From: an uncultured Pseudomonadota bacterium
GTDB lineage: Bacteria; Pseudomonadota; Alphaproteobacteria; JACZXZ01
Assembly (NCBI GenBank): GCA_963749075.1
Contig: CAVVLJ010000004.1
Location: forward strand, 384,001 to 448,000
Length of the DNA: 64,000 nucleotides
Direction: 5' to 3'
Position 1 is the stretch's first letter. Each line of letters opens with the position of its first letter. This document shows, piece after piece, positions 1-10,735 of the stretch. The notes under the pieces were generated by a model. It did not search any database. It had not been told where the DNA came from and was given only the letters and a program-made list of their open reading frames with translations. A program made the position numbers and the translations under genes.

Positions 1-71
1 GCTTTTGCGGCCCTGACGCGGAGCTTCGCGCGAACCTCGTCGGGAAGCTTGCGGATGTTCAGCGTTGCCAT
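1..71 (-). CDS. FitA/StbC-like ribbon-helix-helix antitoxin, 5' part (runs off window)
   Basis: Not in ORF track. Manual translation from ATG at 71 gives MATLNIRKLPDEVRAKLRVRAAK, a typical FitA-like RHH N-terminus. Confidence 0.8.
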   Translation of the reverse strand, partial: MATLNIRKLPDEVRAKLRVRAAK

Positions 72-96
72 GCGGTCAATGATAGCATTGCAAGCG
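71..96. promoter_or_regulatory. Putative FitA-type autoregulatory operator
   Basis: TGATAGCA at 80-87 inside the palindrome CAATG-ATAG-CATTG, with degenerate neighbours TGCGGTCA (71-78) and TGCAAGCG (89-96). TGCTATCA/TGATAGCA is the known FitA half-site. Confidence 0.55.
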
Positions 97-182
97 TTGG
101 CGTCAAATGGCGCGCCGGGCACTGCCAACGGTCCGCACGCCGTTCTGGCCCCTCGGAGCACGGCCATCGTTCGACGGGACGC

Positions 183-635
183 CTAGAAAGTGATCGTCGC
201 CGTGATCGTATCGGAATAGCTGCCCGACGGAACGTTCTGCAGCGCCGGAATGCTGCCATAGACCGTCACCGTGACGGTGCCCGTCCCAGGTGCGCTGTTG
301 CTGTAGGTCGAGCTTCCGCCCGTGCCGTCGCCCCAGATGGTCGTCAAGGCCGCATTGAGATAGAGATTATAGTCGAGGACGTTGGTGGTGAGCTTCATCG
401 TGCGGGGATTGAAGCTGCTCGAGCTGCCCTTGTTGAGCTGGATCGTTATGGCGGCCGAAACTGTGCATTTGAAGCTGACGGAGCCGTTCACGAGCGTAGC
501 GCTGGTCTTGAAGACGTTGTAATTGCCGAAGGTGACCGCGGTCGCGGAGAGCGTGCAGGAGTTCGCCGCCGCAGGTCCGGAAAGCAGCAGCAGCGCTCCC
601 GCGGCAAGAAGGCCCAGCCTGAATGCAGCGCCCAT
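183..635 (-). CDS. Spore coat protein U (Csu-type) pilin subunit
   Basis: Signal peptide, C..FGNY, conserved Cys pair, L-Y-N-L-Y and C-terminal G-S-Y-S-D-T-I-T-A-T-I-T-F. Confidence 0.9.
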   Translation of the reverse strand: MGAAFRLGLLAAGALLLLSGPAAANSCTLSATAVTFGNYNVFKTSATLVNGSVSFKCTVSAAITIQLNKGSSSSFNPRTMKLTTNVLDYNLYLNAALTTIWGDGTGGSSTYSNSAPGTGTVTVTVYGSIPALQNVPSGSYSDTITATITF

Positions 636-636
636 C

Positions 637-3019
637 TCAACCCTCCGTGACTTCTGTCGTGCATACCAGCTCGCCCAAGTTCACCGAGCGCTCGGCGGAG
701 GCTGGCGCCTTGAGCGTGAAGCGGCACTCGCGGCCCCTGTAGCGGATGACCGCGGGCAGGCTGCCCGCCGGCAACTCCTCGAAATAGAACTGCCCCTTGT
801 CGCCGATGGGCGAGACATAGTTGCCCCCCTCCGCGGAGATGTCGATCTCGCCGTAGGCGGGAACGATCGTCTCGGTCCCGCTGCGGATCTTGAGGGTGCC
901 GATGAAGACCTCGAGGCGATGCACGGAGAATTCCACGACCGCGCCGCCGCGGTAGGAGGTCGCCACCGTCCGCTCGTTGCTCTGGACGGCATAATCCATC
1001 GAGATGTCCTGGTCGTTGATGCCGATGCGATTGCCCGAATAGCTCAGCAGATTCGGCACCAGCAAGTTGCCGTCGCTGTCGGTGCGGCCGAACGGCTGGT
1101 TCTCGAGATATCCGGTGACGCCTTCCACGCCCGGCACGCGGATCAAGGCATAGCCGTCGTTGAGCGGGCGGGTGGCGAAGACGTGGCCGTCGATGATGCC
1201 TATGGCGCCGCTGGCGCTCACGGTCGCGCTGTTCTGGCCGAGCTGACGGTCGACGTCGGCCTCGTAGAGCCCGAACGGCCCCTGATAGACGAGGTTGGCG
1301 AGCTCACCGCGGTCGCTGCCGGTCTGGGTCTGCACCAGGTAGCCGTAGCCCTCGCCCAGCGGCGGGGATTTCTGGATTTGGGCGACGCCCGTGACGCCGT
1401 CATGGCCGCGGCTTGCCGAAAAGGTGGCGCTGGTATCGCTGTCGATTGCCACGGCGAGGGACAGCAGGACCCGATTGTCCGTGGGTTGCCCCGATTGAAT
1501 GGCATGGCTGAGCGTGAGCGAAAGGTTCGCCCAGCTGTTGAGCTGCCTCGTCGCGGCGATGCTGGCTTGGTCGGTTCGCCCGGCATCCCGGAACGCGCTG
1601 CGCGACAGCTGTCCCGTCAAATCGCAGAAGTCCAAGGGAAACGCGAGATAGCCGTCCAACTGGCGGAGCGCGCGGTCGGTTTGCGGGCTCAAGCTCATGG
1701 TGGCGTAGCGGCGGCTGTTGCCGGTGAAGTCGCCGCCTATGGTAAAGAGCCTCGAGGTGTAGCTGTAGGTCGTCGAGCCGGCCCAGCCGTCGAGCCCGCG
1801 GTCGCGGCTGGCAGCGCCGAAGAAGCCGAACTGACCGAAGGACGTAGTGACGGCCAGCTCCGGCCCGCCCGCCTGCAAGCGCTCGTCGGCCTCGAGAAAG
1901 GCGCCCGGCGTGAAGGTATCGTCCAAGCCAAAGCGATGGTGCGCGAGAAACCCTGCATGGCGATAGTCGCCGAAAGCGTCGGTCGTCGCCATGTTGCGCT
2001 CGAGACCGAGATTGTAGGTGAACTCATGGAGCCCGGGCGCCAGCGACTGATCGCTGAGATAGTAGGGTGCGCCCAGCTCCTGCTGCTGGCCGAGGGCGTT
2101 GCGGATCACGATGCGGGTATTTCCGCTGCCCGTGAGCGCCGGGATGTTCTCCAGCGTGAACGGTCCGGGCGGCAGCGCCACGCTGCGCACGAGCACGCCG
2201 TTCACGTACACGTCGGCCGTCGAGGGCGTGTTCACGATGCCCGAGTAGCGCTGGGCGGGAAAGGGCGTGAAATAGGGATCGATGGAGTACTCCTTCGAGA
2301 AGCCGATGCCGCCGAGCGGGCTGAGGCCGCCGAGATTGCCGCCGTTGGCAAGCGTGTCCCCCAGCTGAAGCCGCGTCATCTCATCGCGATCGTCGAGGTT
2401 GAGCGTCGTGTTGGTGCGCGAGATCTGCCCCATGTTATTGCGCGAGACGATGTTGTCGAAGAACGCGCTGTCGAAGGGGCCCAATTGGCCGAGACTGGCG
2501 CCTTGTTCGCTGAACGCGCTGAAGCGGTTGAAGTCCTGTGCCGTGACAGCGTAGTTGAGGAAGGCGCTCGGTACGCTCATATAGACCATGTCCTTCGGCC
2601 GGTTCCGCCCCAGGTTGACGGTCGAGCCGGAGAGCAGCGACGGATCCACGGTGAGGCGCAACGCCACCTCCGCCTCGTCGAACACGTAAGTCACCTTCGG
2701 CGCAAGCGCGCCCAGGCTGACATAGGACACGCCGTCGATGGTCTCGGCGCGTCCGGGGACCGACACGAAGCCGGCCTTGCGCAGCTCGTCGATGCGCAAA
2801 AGGAAATCCTTGCCCCGCACGAGCGCGTTGACCTCGTCCTTGTCCTCGCCGTTGACCGACAGTGCGAGAACGGCGTGCCGAACCTTGTCCTCGGGCGCCG
2901 CCGCGATCTCGACCGGGCCGAGGAGCACCTCGATGTCCGGCCCGGCCGCGATCGCCGCCGGACCGGACGTTCGAGGCGAGCAGAGAAACCATGCCGAGAA
3001 GCGCGAGCCGGAGTTTCAT
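637..3019 (-). CDS. Fimbrial outer-membrane usher (CsuD/PapC-like); apparent +1 frameshift near 2960 separates the signal peptide
   Basis: 763-aa usher ORF (VYVNG..PGPF, GRTDSDG). Signal peptide MKLRLALLGMVSLLAS starts at 3019 in another frame. Confidence 0.88.
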
Positions 3020-3046
3020 TCGACTGCCCGCGCCGTGTCGCGCGCC

Positions 3047-3883
3047 TCACGGCGTCCCGGACTGCGCCGCGCCAGGCGATTTCAGGAACTCGGTTCGCGC
3101 CGCCGAGCCGCCGGGGCTGCACGCGAGCGGGAATTCCGCACGGACCGGCGCCGGGTCGGTCTCGGCCTCGAGGACGATGCGGCTCGCGCGGCGGCAATCC
3201 GCTTCGGCGAGGGCCAGGCGATAATCGCGAGTGCCGCCGGCGAGCACGTACCAACCTGGGACCGCCAAGTCGAAAACGCTCTTTCCGGCGGAATCCACGC
3301 CGACCGCGCGCAGACGCCGCACCATCAGGTGCGCGGTGCCGTTGTTGAGGATGGCGAACGATACGACGTTCCCGGCGAGCGACGGCGGCCCGATGCGCGG
3401 GTCGGGGCGCGCATCTCTCGGCGCAACGAAGATGGGAAGGCTGATCTTGGCGAGGAACCTGATGGACATGGCGCTGCTCGCCACCGTCTCGTTCGGCAGC
3501 TCCTGCAAGATCAGGCGATAGGTTTTTTCGCTCTTGTCGAAGGGCACCTGCACGCCGACGCGGATCCGCTTGGTCTCGCGGGGGCCGAGCGTCATGAGAA
3601 GGGGAAACGCCACCACGTCCTCGGTGCGCTCGAGGACCATGCCGCCGTCGGCGCTCTGCCGCCAGGCGAAGGTGCTGAGCTCGTAGCGGAGCGTGTCGTC
3701 GCCTTCGTTGATCAGACTGAGGAGCTCGGTCGGCTTCCCCGGAGTGATCGCCACCTCGGTCGGGGAAACCTGCACCTCTCCCGCCCGTGCGGGCAGTGCT
3801 ACGGCGCACGCGAGCGTGAGCGCGCCGGCACCCAGCAAGACCACATTGCGCATGACGCTCAAGCTTGGAACCATGACATCCAT
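3047..3883 (-). CDS. Periplasmic pilus chaperone (CsuC/PapD-like)
   Basis: Signal peptide, VSPT, IRVG, EKTYRLILQELP, ISLPIFV and NNGTAH motifs; located between the pilins and the usher. Confidence 0.9.
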   Translation of the reverse strand: MDVMVPSLSVMRNVVLLGAGALTLACAVALPARAGEVQVSPTEVAITPGKPTELLSLINEGDDTLRYELSTFAWRQSADGGMVLERTEDVVAFPLLMTLGPRETKRIRVGVQVPFDKSEKTYRLILQELPNETVASSAMSIRFLAKISLPIFVAPRDARPDPRIGPPSLAGNVVSFAILNNGTAHLMVRRLRAVGVDSAGKSVFDLAVPGWYVLAGGTRDYRLALAEADCRRASRIVLEAETDPAPVRAEFPLACSPGGSAARTEFLKSPGAAQSGTP

Positions 3884-4117
3884 CCTCCCTGGCGACGCGT
3901 GCTACACGCGCTCAAGCTCCCCAAGGGCGCTCATCGCTGATCGACGCAGCGCTGCTTCGTTGTATGATCGGTGCGGCCTAGGGTCCCCGCGTGCCGCGCC
4001 ACATGGCTGCGAGGCCGAGAGGCAGCCGGCCGGCCGTTGTTGCAGTCGCGGAAATAGCCGTGGCGCCGCCGCGCGGCCGCAGAGGGCCGTGGCACTGCCG
4101 CCGGCCGGCGATGGGCT

Positions 4118-4621
4118 CTAGAAGGTCGCGGTGACGATCACGATGTTGGGCGAGACCGCGAATGGCGTCGGCGGGTTGGCCGCCGCGCTGCCATAGGAGA
4201 ACAGGACGAGGCTGGCGCCGGTGGCACTGACCGGGAGGCTCCGCACGGTCCTTTCGGGGGCGCCGTGCGTCACCACTCTCCCCGCGGCGGCAAGCGCACG
4301 ATCGGCCACCTGCTGCCAGCCGGGCGGAACCGCGCCGAGGCTGTTGGGGAAACTGAAGAGGACCGCGGGCGCCGCCCCGCTGCTGCAATGCAGGGCGACC
4401 GGAGCGGGCGCCGCAGGATCGACCAGGTCGAGCATGCCGCTCCCGACAACGGTCGCGGCAGTCGATATATTGCAGACCCTTACGACCCTCGCCGACACGA
4501 CCATCTTGGCCGTGACGGCGGCTGCCAGCACCTCCGGCACATTCATTGCCAAGACCAGGATAAAGAGCGCGGCCGGCAACCCGCCAATTCGCACCAGCGC
4601 GCGCCGCATCGCTTGGATCAT
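4118..4621 (-). CDS. Divergent Csu-type minor pilin-like protein
   Basis: Hydrophobic leader, A-M-V-S-A-V---C motif with second Cys, and C-terminal VTATF as in the neighbouring pilin. Start placed at MIQAM after a purine-rich RBS. Confidence 0.6.
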   Translation of the reverse strand: MIQAMRRALVRIGGLPAALFILVLAMNVPEVLAAAVTAKMVVSARVVRVCNISTAATVVGSGMLDLVDPAAPAPVALHCSSGAAPAVLFSFPNSLGAVPPGWQQVADRALAAAGRVVTHGAPERTVRSLPVSATGASLVLFSYGSAAANPPTPFAVSPNIVIVTATF

Positions 4622-4999
4622 CGTTCCCGCTCTCCTGCCGCGAGGACCGCCGCCAATTGACGATCCGGACGAGGTGCTGGACGGCCGCCACGATGCGGCT
4701 CGTAGCGCGCAGGCGAAGCCTGCTGCGGCTCGTTCCGCGTGGCAGCGCCGCGACGCCTCGATCCTCCGCCATAGTAGTGCTTGACGGGGCGCGACGGAAG
4801 GTGCTTGCACGGCGACCGACGGAGGGCGCAAGGCAAGTCATGTGACATGTCATCATGCGAGCGATCCTGACGCGCGTGTCATGGGGCTCGGCTCCGCGAG
4901 GAGAGAGAAGCCTCGTCGTCTCGTCATCGCTTTTTCGCTTGACTGCGCGCGGCCGGTTCGGCGCTTTCCGGCAAATTCGCGCCGGTCCCACGCGCAGCG

Positions 5000-5512
5000 T
5001 TAGAACGTCGCCGTGACGACGACCGTGTCGCTATAGGTGGTGGCGGACGGCACGTTCTGGCCGGTTCCGATCGTGCCGTACGCCGTCAGGTTCGCGGCGG
5101 TGCCGGAGCCCGTCACCGTCTCCGTGCCGGTGGTGTTCCACACGGTGGTATTGCCGACGTTCTGATAGATCTCGTAACCCAGATAGTCGCCCGAGCCGTC
5201 CGCCATCGCGCGCGTGCCGAAAGTCCCCTTGCCGGCGTTGTTGCCCAAGCTCAAGGAAATCGTCCCCACGGTATTCTTGTTGCAATTGACGGTGACCGTC
5301 GCGGTGGTCGTGAGAGCGGCGGTAAAGCTGTAACTGCCGAAGCCCAGTGCGGTCGTCGACAAAGTGCAGGCATTCACGACCGTCGCGGAGACCGCCATGT
5401 TCGCGGTCGCGGTGCCCGCCGCGAGCGGCGACGTATGCATGCCGACGGCTCCGAGGACGGCAAGACAGGCCGCCGCCCGCAGCAAGGTGCTGACTCTCAA
5501 TATCCGCATCAT
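5000..5512 (-). CDS. Spore coat U domain major pilin (CsuA/B-like)
   Basis: Signal peptide, VSATVVNAC..LGFGSY, L-Y-I-Y and YSDTVVVTATF; first gene of the cluster with a GGAG RBS. Confidence 0.9.
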   Translation of the reverse strand: MMRILRVSTLLRAAACLAVLGAVGMHTSPLAAGTATANMAVSATVVNACTLSTTALGFGSYSFTAALTTTATVTVNCNKNTVGTISLSLGNNAGKGTFGTRAMADGSGDYLGYEIYQNVGNTTVWNTTGTETVTGSGTAANLTAYGTIGTGQNVPSATTYSDTVVVTATF

Positions 5513-5689
5513 CTCCTGGGTCCCCCTCTATCCGCTGCTTTTAAGCTTGCCGTGCCTGCCTCTCGCCGAGCCGGATGCATGCCGAGGGCGCTCGGCACGG
5601 CAAGGGAAGCGGCTGTCTTCGGCAAGGCTCGGCAGCCAGACGCAATATTCATCTCGCGCTTTCCTTTGGGTTTCGACGTGTGGAACTTA

Positions 5690-5805
5690 TGATTCTCAAT
5701 GCGCGGCTTAAGGCAGGGTGCGGAAGTTACTTGGCAAAATTAAAGAAAATGTTATTAAAATTGCTGCTCCCCTTCATTCCGTAACAATTTCTTTACAAAG
5801 TCCTT
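5690..5805. promoter_or_regulatory. AT-rich upstream regulatory region of the pilus cluster
   Basis: Markedly AT-rich tract (e.g. AAAATTAAAGAAAATGTTATTAAAATT) in a very GC-rich background, upstream of the first pilin. No specific site assigned. Confidence 0.45.
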
Positions 5806-6073
5806 TGGTGGGCACCGCGGATCGGCCGCTTCCCTCGGAGTCCGCTCGGAGAATTTTGCCTTATGAAGCGACGCAAGCGAGCGTGCGCTCGGCGATCCGG
5901 CGCTTGGGCAGGAGCATGAGGCCGGCCGAATCGGGACGATCGACCACGACGGGCTGCAAGCCCGCCTTGGCCCGGCCCGCGAAGGCGGGCGTACTATTAG
6001 AATGGATCAAAACCGCGGGCGGCGGTCTCGCTCGACCGGCACGGTGCCCGCATGCCGGGCGCTTGGCGCGCCC

Positions 6074-7081
6074 TCAGAGCCTTCCCATCAGCGCCGCCAC
6101 GTCGGCCATGCGGTTGGCAAAGCCCCATTCGTTGTCGTACCAGGCGAGCACGCGCACGAGCGCGCCGTCGATCACCTGGGTCTGGGTGAGATCGAAGGTC
6201 GAGCTCGCCGGGTTGTGATTGAAGTCGCTCGAGACGAGCTCCTCGTCGGTCGTCTCGAGGATGCCGCTCAAGCGGTTGCTCTTGGAAGCCTCGATCATGG
6301 CCGCATTGACCGCCTCCACGCTCGCCGGCTTCTTCGGCACGAACTTGAAATCGATGAGCGAGACGTTGGGCGTCGGCACGCGGATGGCGGTGCCGTCGAG
6401 CTTGCCCTTGAGCTCGGGCAGCACGAGGCCGACCGCGCGCGCGGCACCCGTCGTGGTGGGGATCATCGAGAGGGCCGCCGCGCGCGCGCGGCGCGCGTCC
6501 TTGTGGAGGGTGTCGACGAGGCGCTGGTCGCCCGTATAGGAATGGATTGTCGTCATATAGCCGTGCTCGATGCCGAAGGCGTTGTGCAGCACGAAGGCGA
6601 CGGGCGCCAGGCAGTTCGTCGTGCAGGAGGCGTTCGAGACGACCTGGTGCTTGGCCTCGAGCTTGTCGTCGTTGACGCCGCGCACCACGGTCAAGTCGGC
6701 GCCGCTCGCCGGGGCCGAGACCAGCACCTTCCGCGCCCCCGCCTGGATGTGCTTGAGTGCCGCCTCCTTGCTCGTGAAGTGGCCGGTGCATTCGAGCACC
6801 ACGTCGACCGCGAGCTCCTTCCACGGCAGCTTGGCCGGATCGCGCTCGGCGAGCACCTTGATCGGGCCGTGGCCCACATCGATGCCGCCGTCGGTCACCT
6901 TGACCTCGCCGGGGAAGCGCCCGTGCACCGAATCGTGCCTGAGCATCTTGGCGTTCATCTCGACCGAGCCCAGGTCGTTGACCGCCACGAACTCGAGATC
7001 CTTGCGCCCGGCCTCGTGGGCCGCGCGCACCACGTGCCGGCCGATGCGGCCGAAGCCGTTGATGGCTATTCTGAGGGCCAT
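6074..7081 (-). CDS. gap: Type I glyceraldehyde-3-phosphate dehydrogenase
   Basis: INGFGRIGR, NASCTTNCLAP, WYDNEWG. Confidence 0.97.
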   Translation of the reverse strand: MALRIAINGFGRIGRHVVRAAHEAGRKDLEFVAVNDLGSVEMNAKMLRHDSVHGRFPGEVKVTDGGIDVGHGPIKVLAERDPAKLPWKELAVDVVLECTGHFTSKEAALKHIQAGARKVLVSAPASGADLTVVRGVNDDKLEAKHQVVSNASCTTNCLAPVAFVLHNAFGIEHGYMTTIHSYTGDQRLVDTLHKDARRARAAALSMIPTTTGAARAVGLVLPELKGKLDGTAIRVPTPNVSLIDFKFVPKKPASVEAVNAAMIEASKSNRLSGILETTDEELVSSDFNHNPASSTFDLTQTQVIDGALVRVLAWYDNEWGFANRMADVAALMGRL

Positions 7082-7113
7082 GTCTTCGTCTCCTCCGATA
7101 GACCGCCCGCGCG

Positions 7114-9135
7114 CTAGAGCCGTGCCTTGGCGGCGGCCACCACCGCGTCCGGGGTGATGCCGAAATGCTTGTAGAGTGCGGCATAGGGTGCCGAGGCGCC
7201 GAAGCCGTGCATGCCGATGAAGATGCCGTCCGGCCCGAGATGGCGCTCCCAGCCGAAGCCGATAGCGGCCTCGATGCCGATGCGCAGCGTGCCCGGTGCC
7301 AGGAGCTCCTCGCGGTAGGCGGCAGGTGCCTCAGCGAAGAGCGCCTCGCAGGGCATCGAGACGACGGCAGCACCGATCCCTTCGCCCGCCAGCGCCGCGC
7401 GCGCCGCGAGGGCGATCTCGACCTCCGAGCCGGTGGCGATGAGCGTCACGCGCCTGGTACCCTCCGCCGCCGCGAGGAGATAGGCGCCCTTGGCCGAGAG
7501 GTTCTCCTCCGCGTGCGCGAGGCGCACGGGCTCGACCGACTGGCGCGTGAGCGAGAGCACGGAGGGCGAACGTTCGGCCGCTAGTGCCAGCGCCCAGCAC
7601 TCGGCGGTCTCGACGCCGTCCGCCGGGCGGAAGACGAGGAGGTTGGGGATCGCGCGCAAGGCCGCGAGCTGCTCGACCGGCTGGTGGGTCGGGCCGTCCT
7701 CGCCGAGGCCGATCGAATCATGGGTCATCACGAAGATGACGCGCTGGCCCATCATCGCAGCCAGGCGGATGGCGGGCCGGCAATAGTCGGTGAAGACGAG
7801 GAAGCTGCCGCCGTAGGGGATGACGCCCCCATGCAGCGCGAGGCCGTTCATGGCGGCGGCCATGGCGTGCTCGCGCACGCCGTAATGGATGTAGCGCCCG
7901 GCGAACTTGCCGCGCTGAACCGGCGCCATGTCGCGGCCCTGGCTCGCGTTCGAGCCCGTCAAGTCGGCCGAGCCGCCGACGAGTTCCGGGATCGCCGCCG
8001 CCAGATGGTCGATGACGAGCTTGGAGGCCTGGCGCGTGGCGAGCTTCGGCTGCTTCTCCGCGAACTCACGCTTGGCGGCGAGCACCGCCTGCTGCCAGCC
8101 CGCGGGCAGCCGTTTGGCATGCACGCGCTCGTATTCGGCGCGCGTCTTGTCCTCGAGCCTGGCCACGGCCTCGCTCCAGCGCCGGTAAGGCACGGCGCCG
8201 CGCCCGCCCGCCTTGCGCCAGGCGGCTGCCACCTCGGGCGGAATCTCGAAGGGGGCCGCGTGCCAGCCGAGTGCCGCGCGCGCCCCCTCGATCTCCTTGG
8301 CGCCGAGCGGAGCACCATGGGCGGCGGCCGTGCCCGCCTTGGTGGGCGCACCCTTGGCGATCGTGGTGCGGCAGGCGATGAGGGAGGGCGTTCCAGTCGC
8401 GTGCGCGCTCGCGAGCGCCCCCTGGATCTCGCCCGGCTGGTGGCCGTCGACCGCCTGCACGTCCCAGCCCGAGGCGCGGAAGCGCGCGAGCTGGTCGTCG
8501 GAGACGGCGAGCTCGGTCGGGCCGTCGATCGAGATGCGGTTGTCGTCCCAGAGGAGGATGAGCTTGCCGAGCTGGAGATGGCCGGCGAGCGAGATCGCCT
8601 CGTGGCTGATGCCCTCCATGAGACAGCCGTCGCCGGCGATCACGTAAGTGTAGTGGTCGACCACGGCATTGCCGAAGCGGGCATTGAGCAGGCGCTCAGC
8701 CAACGCCATGCCGACGGCGTTGGCGATGCCCTGGCCGAGCGGCCCGGTCGTCGTCTCGATGCCGGCGGCAGCACCATATTCGGGATGGCCGGGCGTGCGG
8801 CTGCCGAGCTGGCGGAAGCGCTTGATCTCCTCCATCGTCATGTCGGCGTAGCCGGTCAGGTGGAGGAGGGCATAGAGCAGCATCGAGCCGTGCCCGGCCG
8901 AGAGCACGAAGCGGTCGCGGTCCGGCCACTCGGGGTGAGTGGGATCGTATTTGAGGAAGTCCGAGAACAGCACCGTCGCCACGTCGGCCATGCCCATCGG
9001 CATGCCGGGGTGGCCCGCGCCGGCCTTCTCGACGGCGTCCATGGCAAGGGCGCGGATGGCATTCGCCATGTCCCTGTGGCGCGCCAGGGGAGAGTGTAGC
9101 GTTGCGCTGTCGTCCATCGTCCTGGAGCGAGCCAT
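7114..9135 (-). CDS. tkt: Transketolase (start may be 9117)
   Basis: [31 protein letters not shown]. Confidence 0.97.
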   Translation of the reverse strand: MARSRTMDDSATLHSPLARHRDMANAIRALAMDAVEKAGAGHPGMPMGMADVATVLFSDFLKYDPTHPEWPDRDRFVLSAGHGSMLLYALLHLTGYADMTMEEIKRFRQLGSRTPGHPEYGAAAGIETTTGPLGQGIANAVGMALAERLLNARFGNAVVDHYTYVIAGDGCLMEGISHEAISLAGHLQLGKLILLWDDNRISIDGPTELAVSDDQLARFRASGWDVQAVDGHQPGEIQGALASAHATGTPSLIACRTTIAKGAPTKAGTAAAHGAPLGAKEIEGARAALGWHAAPFEIPPEVAAAWRKAGGRGAVPYRRWSEAVARLEDKTRAEYERVHAKRLPAGWQQAVLAAKREFAEKQPKLATRQASKLVIDHLAAAIPELVGGSADLTGSNASQGRDMAPVQRGKFAGRYIHYGVREHAMAAAMNGLALHGGVIPYGGSFLVFTDYCRPAIRLAAMMGQRVIFVMTHDSIGLGEDGPTHQPVEQLAALRAIPNLLVFRPADGVETAECWALALAAERSPSVLSLTRQSVEPVRLAHAEENLSAKGAYLLAAAEGTRRVTLIATGSEVEIALAARAALAGEGIGAAVVSMPCEALFAEAPAAYREELLAPGTLRIGIEAAIGFGWERHLGPDGIFIGMHGFGASAPYAALYKHFGITPDAVVAAAKARL

Positions 9136-9271
9136 CTCGGCCGGAAGGGTGAGGCGATCGGGCGCCCCGGCAAAGGGCCGCGATGCCGGGGCAACATGCC
9201 GCTCCCCCTATGCGGCGTCAATCGGCTTCTCTCGCTCGCTTCGCTCGCGCAGCATCAGAGCCGGCCGCCGA

Positions 9272-9301
9272 TTGACGCTCGGCTTCCTCGCGGCGTATGC
9301 T
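9272..9301 (+). promoter_or_regulatory. Putative sigma70 promoter of the DUF4164-zapA operon
   Basis: TTGACG-N18-TATGCT about 50 bp upstream of ATG 9352. Confidence 0.5.
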
Positions 9302-9351
9302 CGCGGCCCCGGAGCAAGGCGCTAAGCCTTTCTTGGAGCGCGGAATTTCCC

Positions 9352-9573
9352 ATGTCTCGGCTCGAGCAGGCGCGGCGGCGGTTGGAGCTTGCGGTAAGCC
9401 GCCTGGAGCGCACCGCGCAACGAAGCCATGCGCGTCTTGCCGAGCGCGCCGAGCTCGCCAATGCACTCGAGGCGGCGCGGGCCGAGGGCAAGGACCTGCG
9501 CGATCTCGGCGCCGCCCTCTCGACGCGGCTCGATGCCGTGATCGGGCGCTTGAAGTCGACGCTTCAGGCGTGA
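9352..9573 (+). CDS. Small coiled-coil protein (DUF4164-like) upstream of zapA
   Basis: MSRLEQARRRLELAVSRLE...RLDAVIGRLK coiled coil in the conserved alphaproteobacterial tkt-zapA position. Confidence 0.75.
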   Translation: MSRLEQARRRLELAVSRLERTAQRSHARLAERAELANALEAARAEGKDLRDLGAALSTRLDAVIGRLKSTLQA

Positions 9574-9577
9574 CGCC

Positions 9578-9907
9578 ATGGCCCAGCTCACCGTCACCAT
9601 CAACGGCCGCGGCTACCAGATCGCCTGCGACGACGGGCAGGAGGAGCATCTCGCCAAGCTCGCGGCCTATGTCGACAAGCGCGTCTCCGAGCTCATAGCA
9701 TCCATGGGCCAGATCGGCGACACGCGGCTTCTCGTCATGGCGAGCCTCTTGATCGCCGACGAGCTCTCGGACTCCTACAAGGCGCTCCAGGCCGAGCGCG
9801 GCAAGCCCGTCGGCTTGACGCCCGAGGCGGAGGCCGCGATGGCGCAGGGCATCGAGGCCCTTGCCGCGCACATCGAGGCGATTGCGGCGCGCCTGGAAGC
9901 CGCCTAG
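9578..9907 (+). CDS. zapA: Cell division protein ZapA
   Basis: VTINGRGYQIACDDGQEEHL, RLLVMASL. Confidence 0.93.
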   Translation: MAQLTVTINGRGYQIACDDGQEEHLAKLAAYVDKRVSELIASMGQIGDTRLLVMASLLIADELSDSYKALQAERGKPVGLTPEAEAAMAQGIEALAAHIEAIAARLEAA

Positions 9908-9920
9908 AGTCGTGCTCGAA

Positions 9921-10076
9921 CGGGGCTGGCCGGCGCGTCAGGCCGCTTCGTGCCCTGGGGCCAATGTCTTCATCTGGGGAGCTGTCTCTACCGTGACCCT
10001 GGTCACGGCACATGGCGCCCACCTGCGTGAGCAGGCCACAGAGGACAAGTAACGGCCAACGGCTCGGGTGGCTCCG
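9921..10076 (+). ncRNA. ssrS: 6S RNA
   Basis: Canonical position between zapA and the 5-FTHF cycloligase gene. Ends pair (CGGGGC/GCTCCG), with alphaproteobacterial-type CCCTGGGGCC..GGAGCTGTC..CATGGCGCCCACCT segments. Ends approximate. Confidence 0.85.
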
Positions 10077-10126
10077 TTCGCTCTGCCTTTCTCGCGAGCC
10101 GCCATGGACGAGCCCAAGGACCAACG

Positions 10127-10735
10127 ATGACCCTTCTCGAGGCCAAAGCGGCGGCCCGGCAGGCGGCGGCGGCCCGCCGCGACGCCGCCCATGCGTTGCT
10201 CGCCGGGACGGCGCCCGGCCGCGTCGCGGCCCATTTCGCCGCGGCCTTCCGGCTCGAGGCGGGCGCTGCCGTCTCCGGCTACTGGCCGGGGCGGAGCGAG
10301 CTCGACATCCGCCCGCTCATGACGGCGCTCGAGCGGGAGGGCCACCCGATCGGCCTTCCCGTCGTCGTGGGCCGCGGCAAGCCGCTCCTCTTCCGCCGCT
10401 GGCGGCCGGGCTTGGCACTCGAGGCCAAGGCCTTCGGCTTGCGCGAGCCGCCTGCCGCCGCACCCGAGGTCGTGCCGCAGGTGCTGCTGGTGCCGTTCCT
10501 CGCTTTCGATGCCGAGGGCTATCGTATCGGCTATGGCGCCGGCTACTATGACAGGACGCTCGCGGCGCTCAGGGCCAAGGCCGACGTGCTCGCGATCGGC
10601 GTCGGCTATGCCGCCCAGCGGGTCGAGCGCCTGCCCCGCGACGGGCACGACGAGCGGCTCGACTGGGTGGTGACGGAGGAGGGGGCCCAGCACTTCGCGC
10701 GCGCCGCCATCTCCGCCGCGGGCGGCGTGCGATGA
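10127..10735 (+). CDS. 5-formyltetrahydrofolate cyclo-ligase
   Basis: LLVPFLAFDAEGYRIGYGAGYYDR, HDERLDWVVTE. Confidence 0.93.
   Translation: MTLLEAKAAARQAAAARRDAAHALLAGTAPGRVAAHFAAAFRLEAGAAVSGYWPGRSELDIRPLMTALEREGHPIGLPVVVGRGKPLLFRRWRPGLALEAKAFGLREPPAAAPEVVPQVLLVPFLAFDAEGYRIGYGAGYYDRTLAALRAKADVLAIGVGYAAQRVERLPRDGHDERLDWVVTEEGAQHFARAAISAAGGVR

Noticed and set aside
523-3348. Long antisense or alternative-frame ORFs (e.g. 941 aa here, also 7684-9099, 26222-27364, 42744-44450, 60758-62758)
   Set aside because: Shadow ORFs of real genes caused by high GC3 and few stop codons; Arg/Ala/Gly-rich with no motifs.
5735-5800. CtrA or sigma54 site upstream of the pilus cluster
   Set aside because: TTAA and TGGCA words are present but spacing fits neither TTAA-N7-TTAA nor the -24/-12 consensus.
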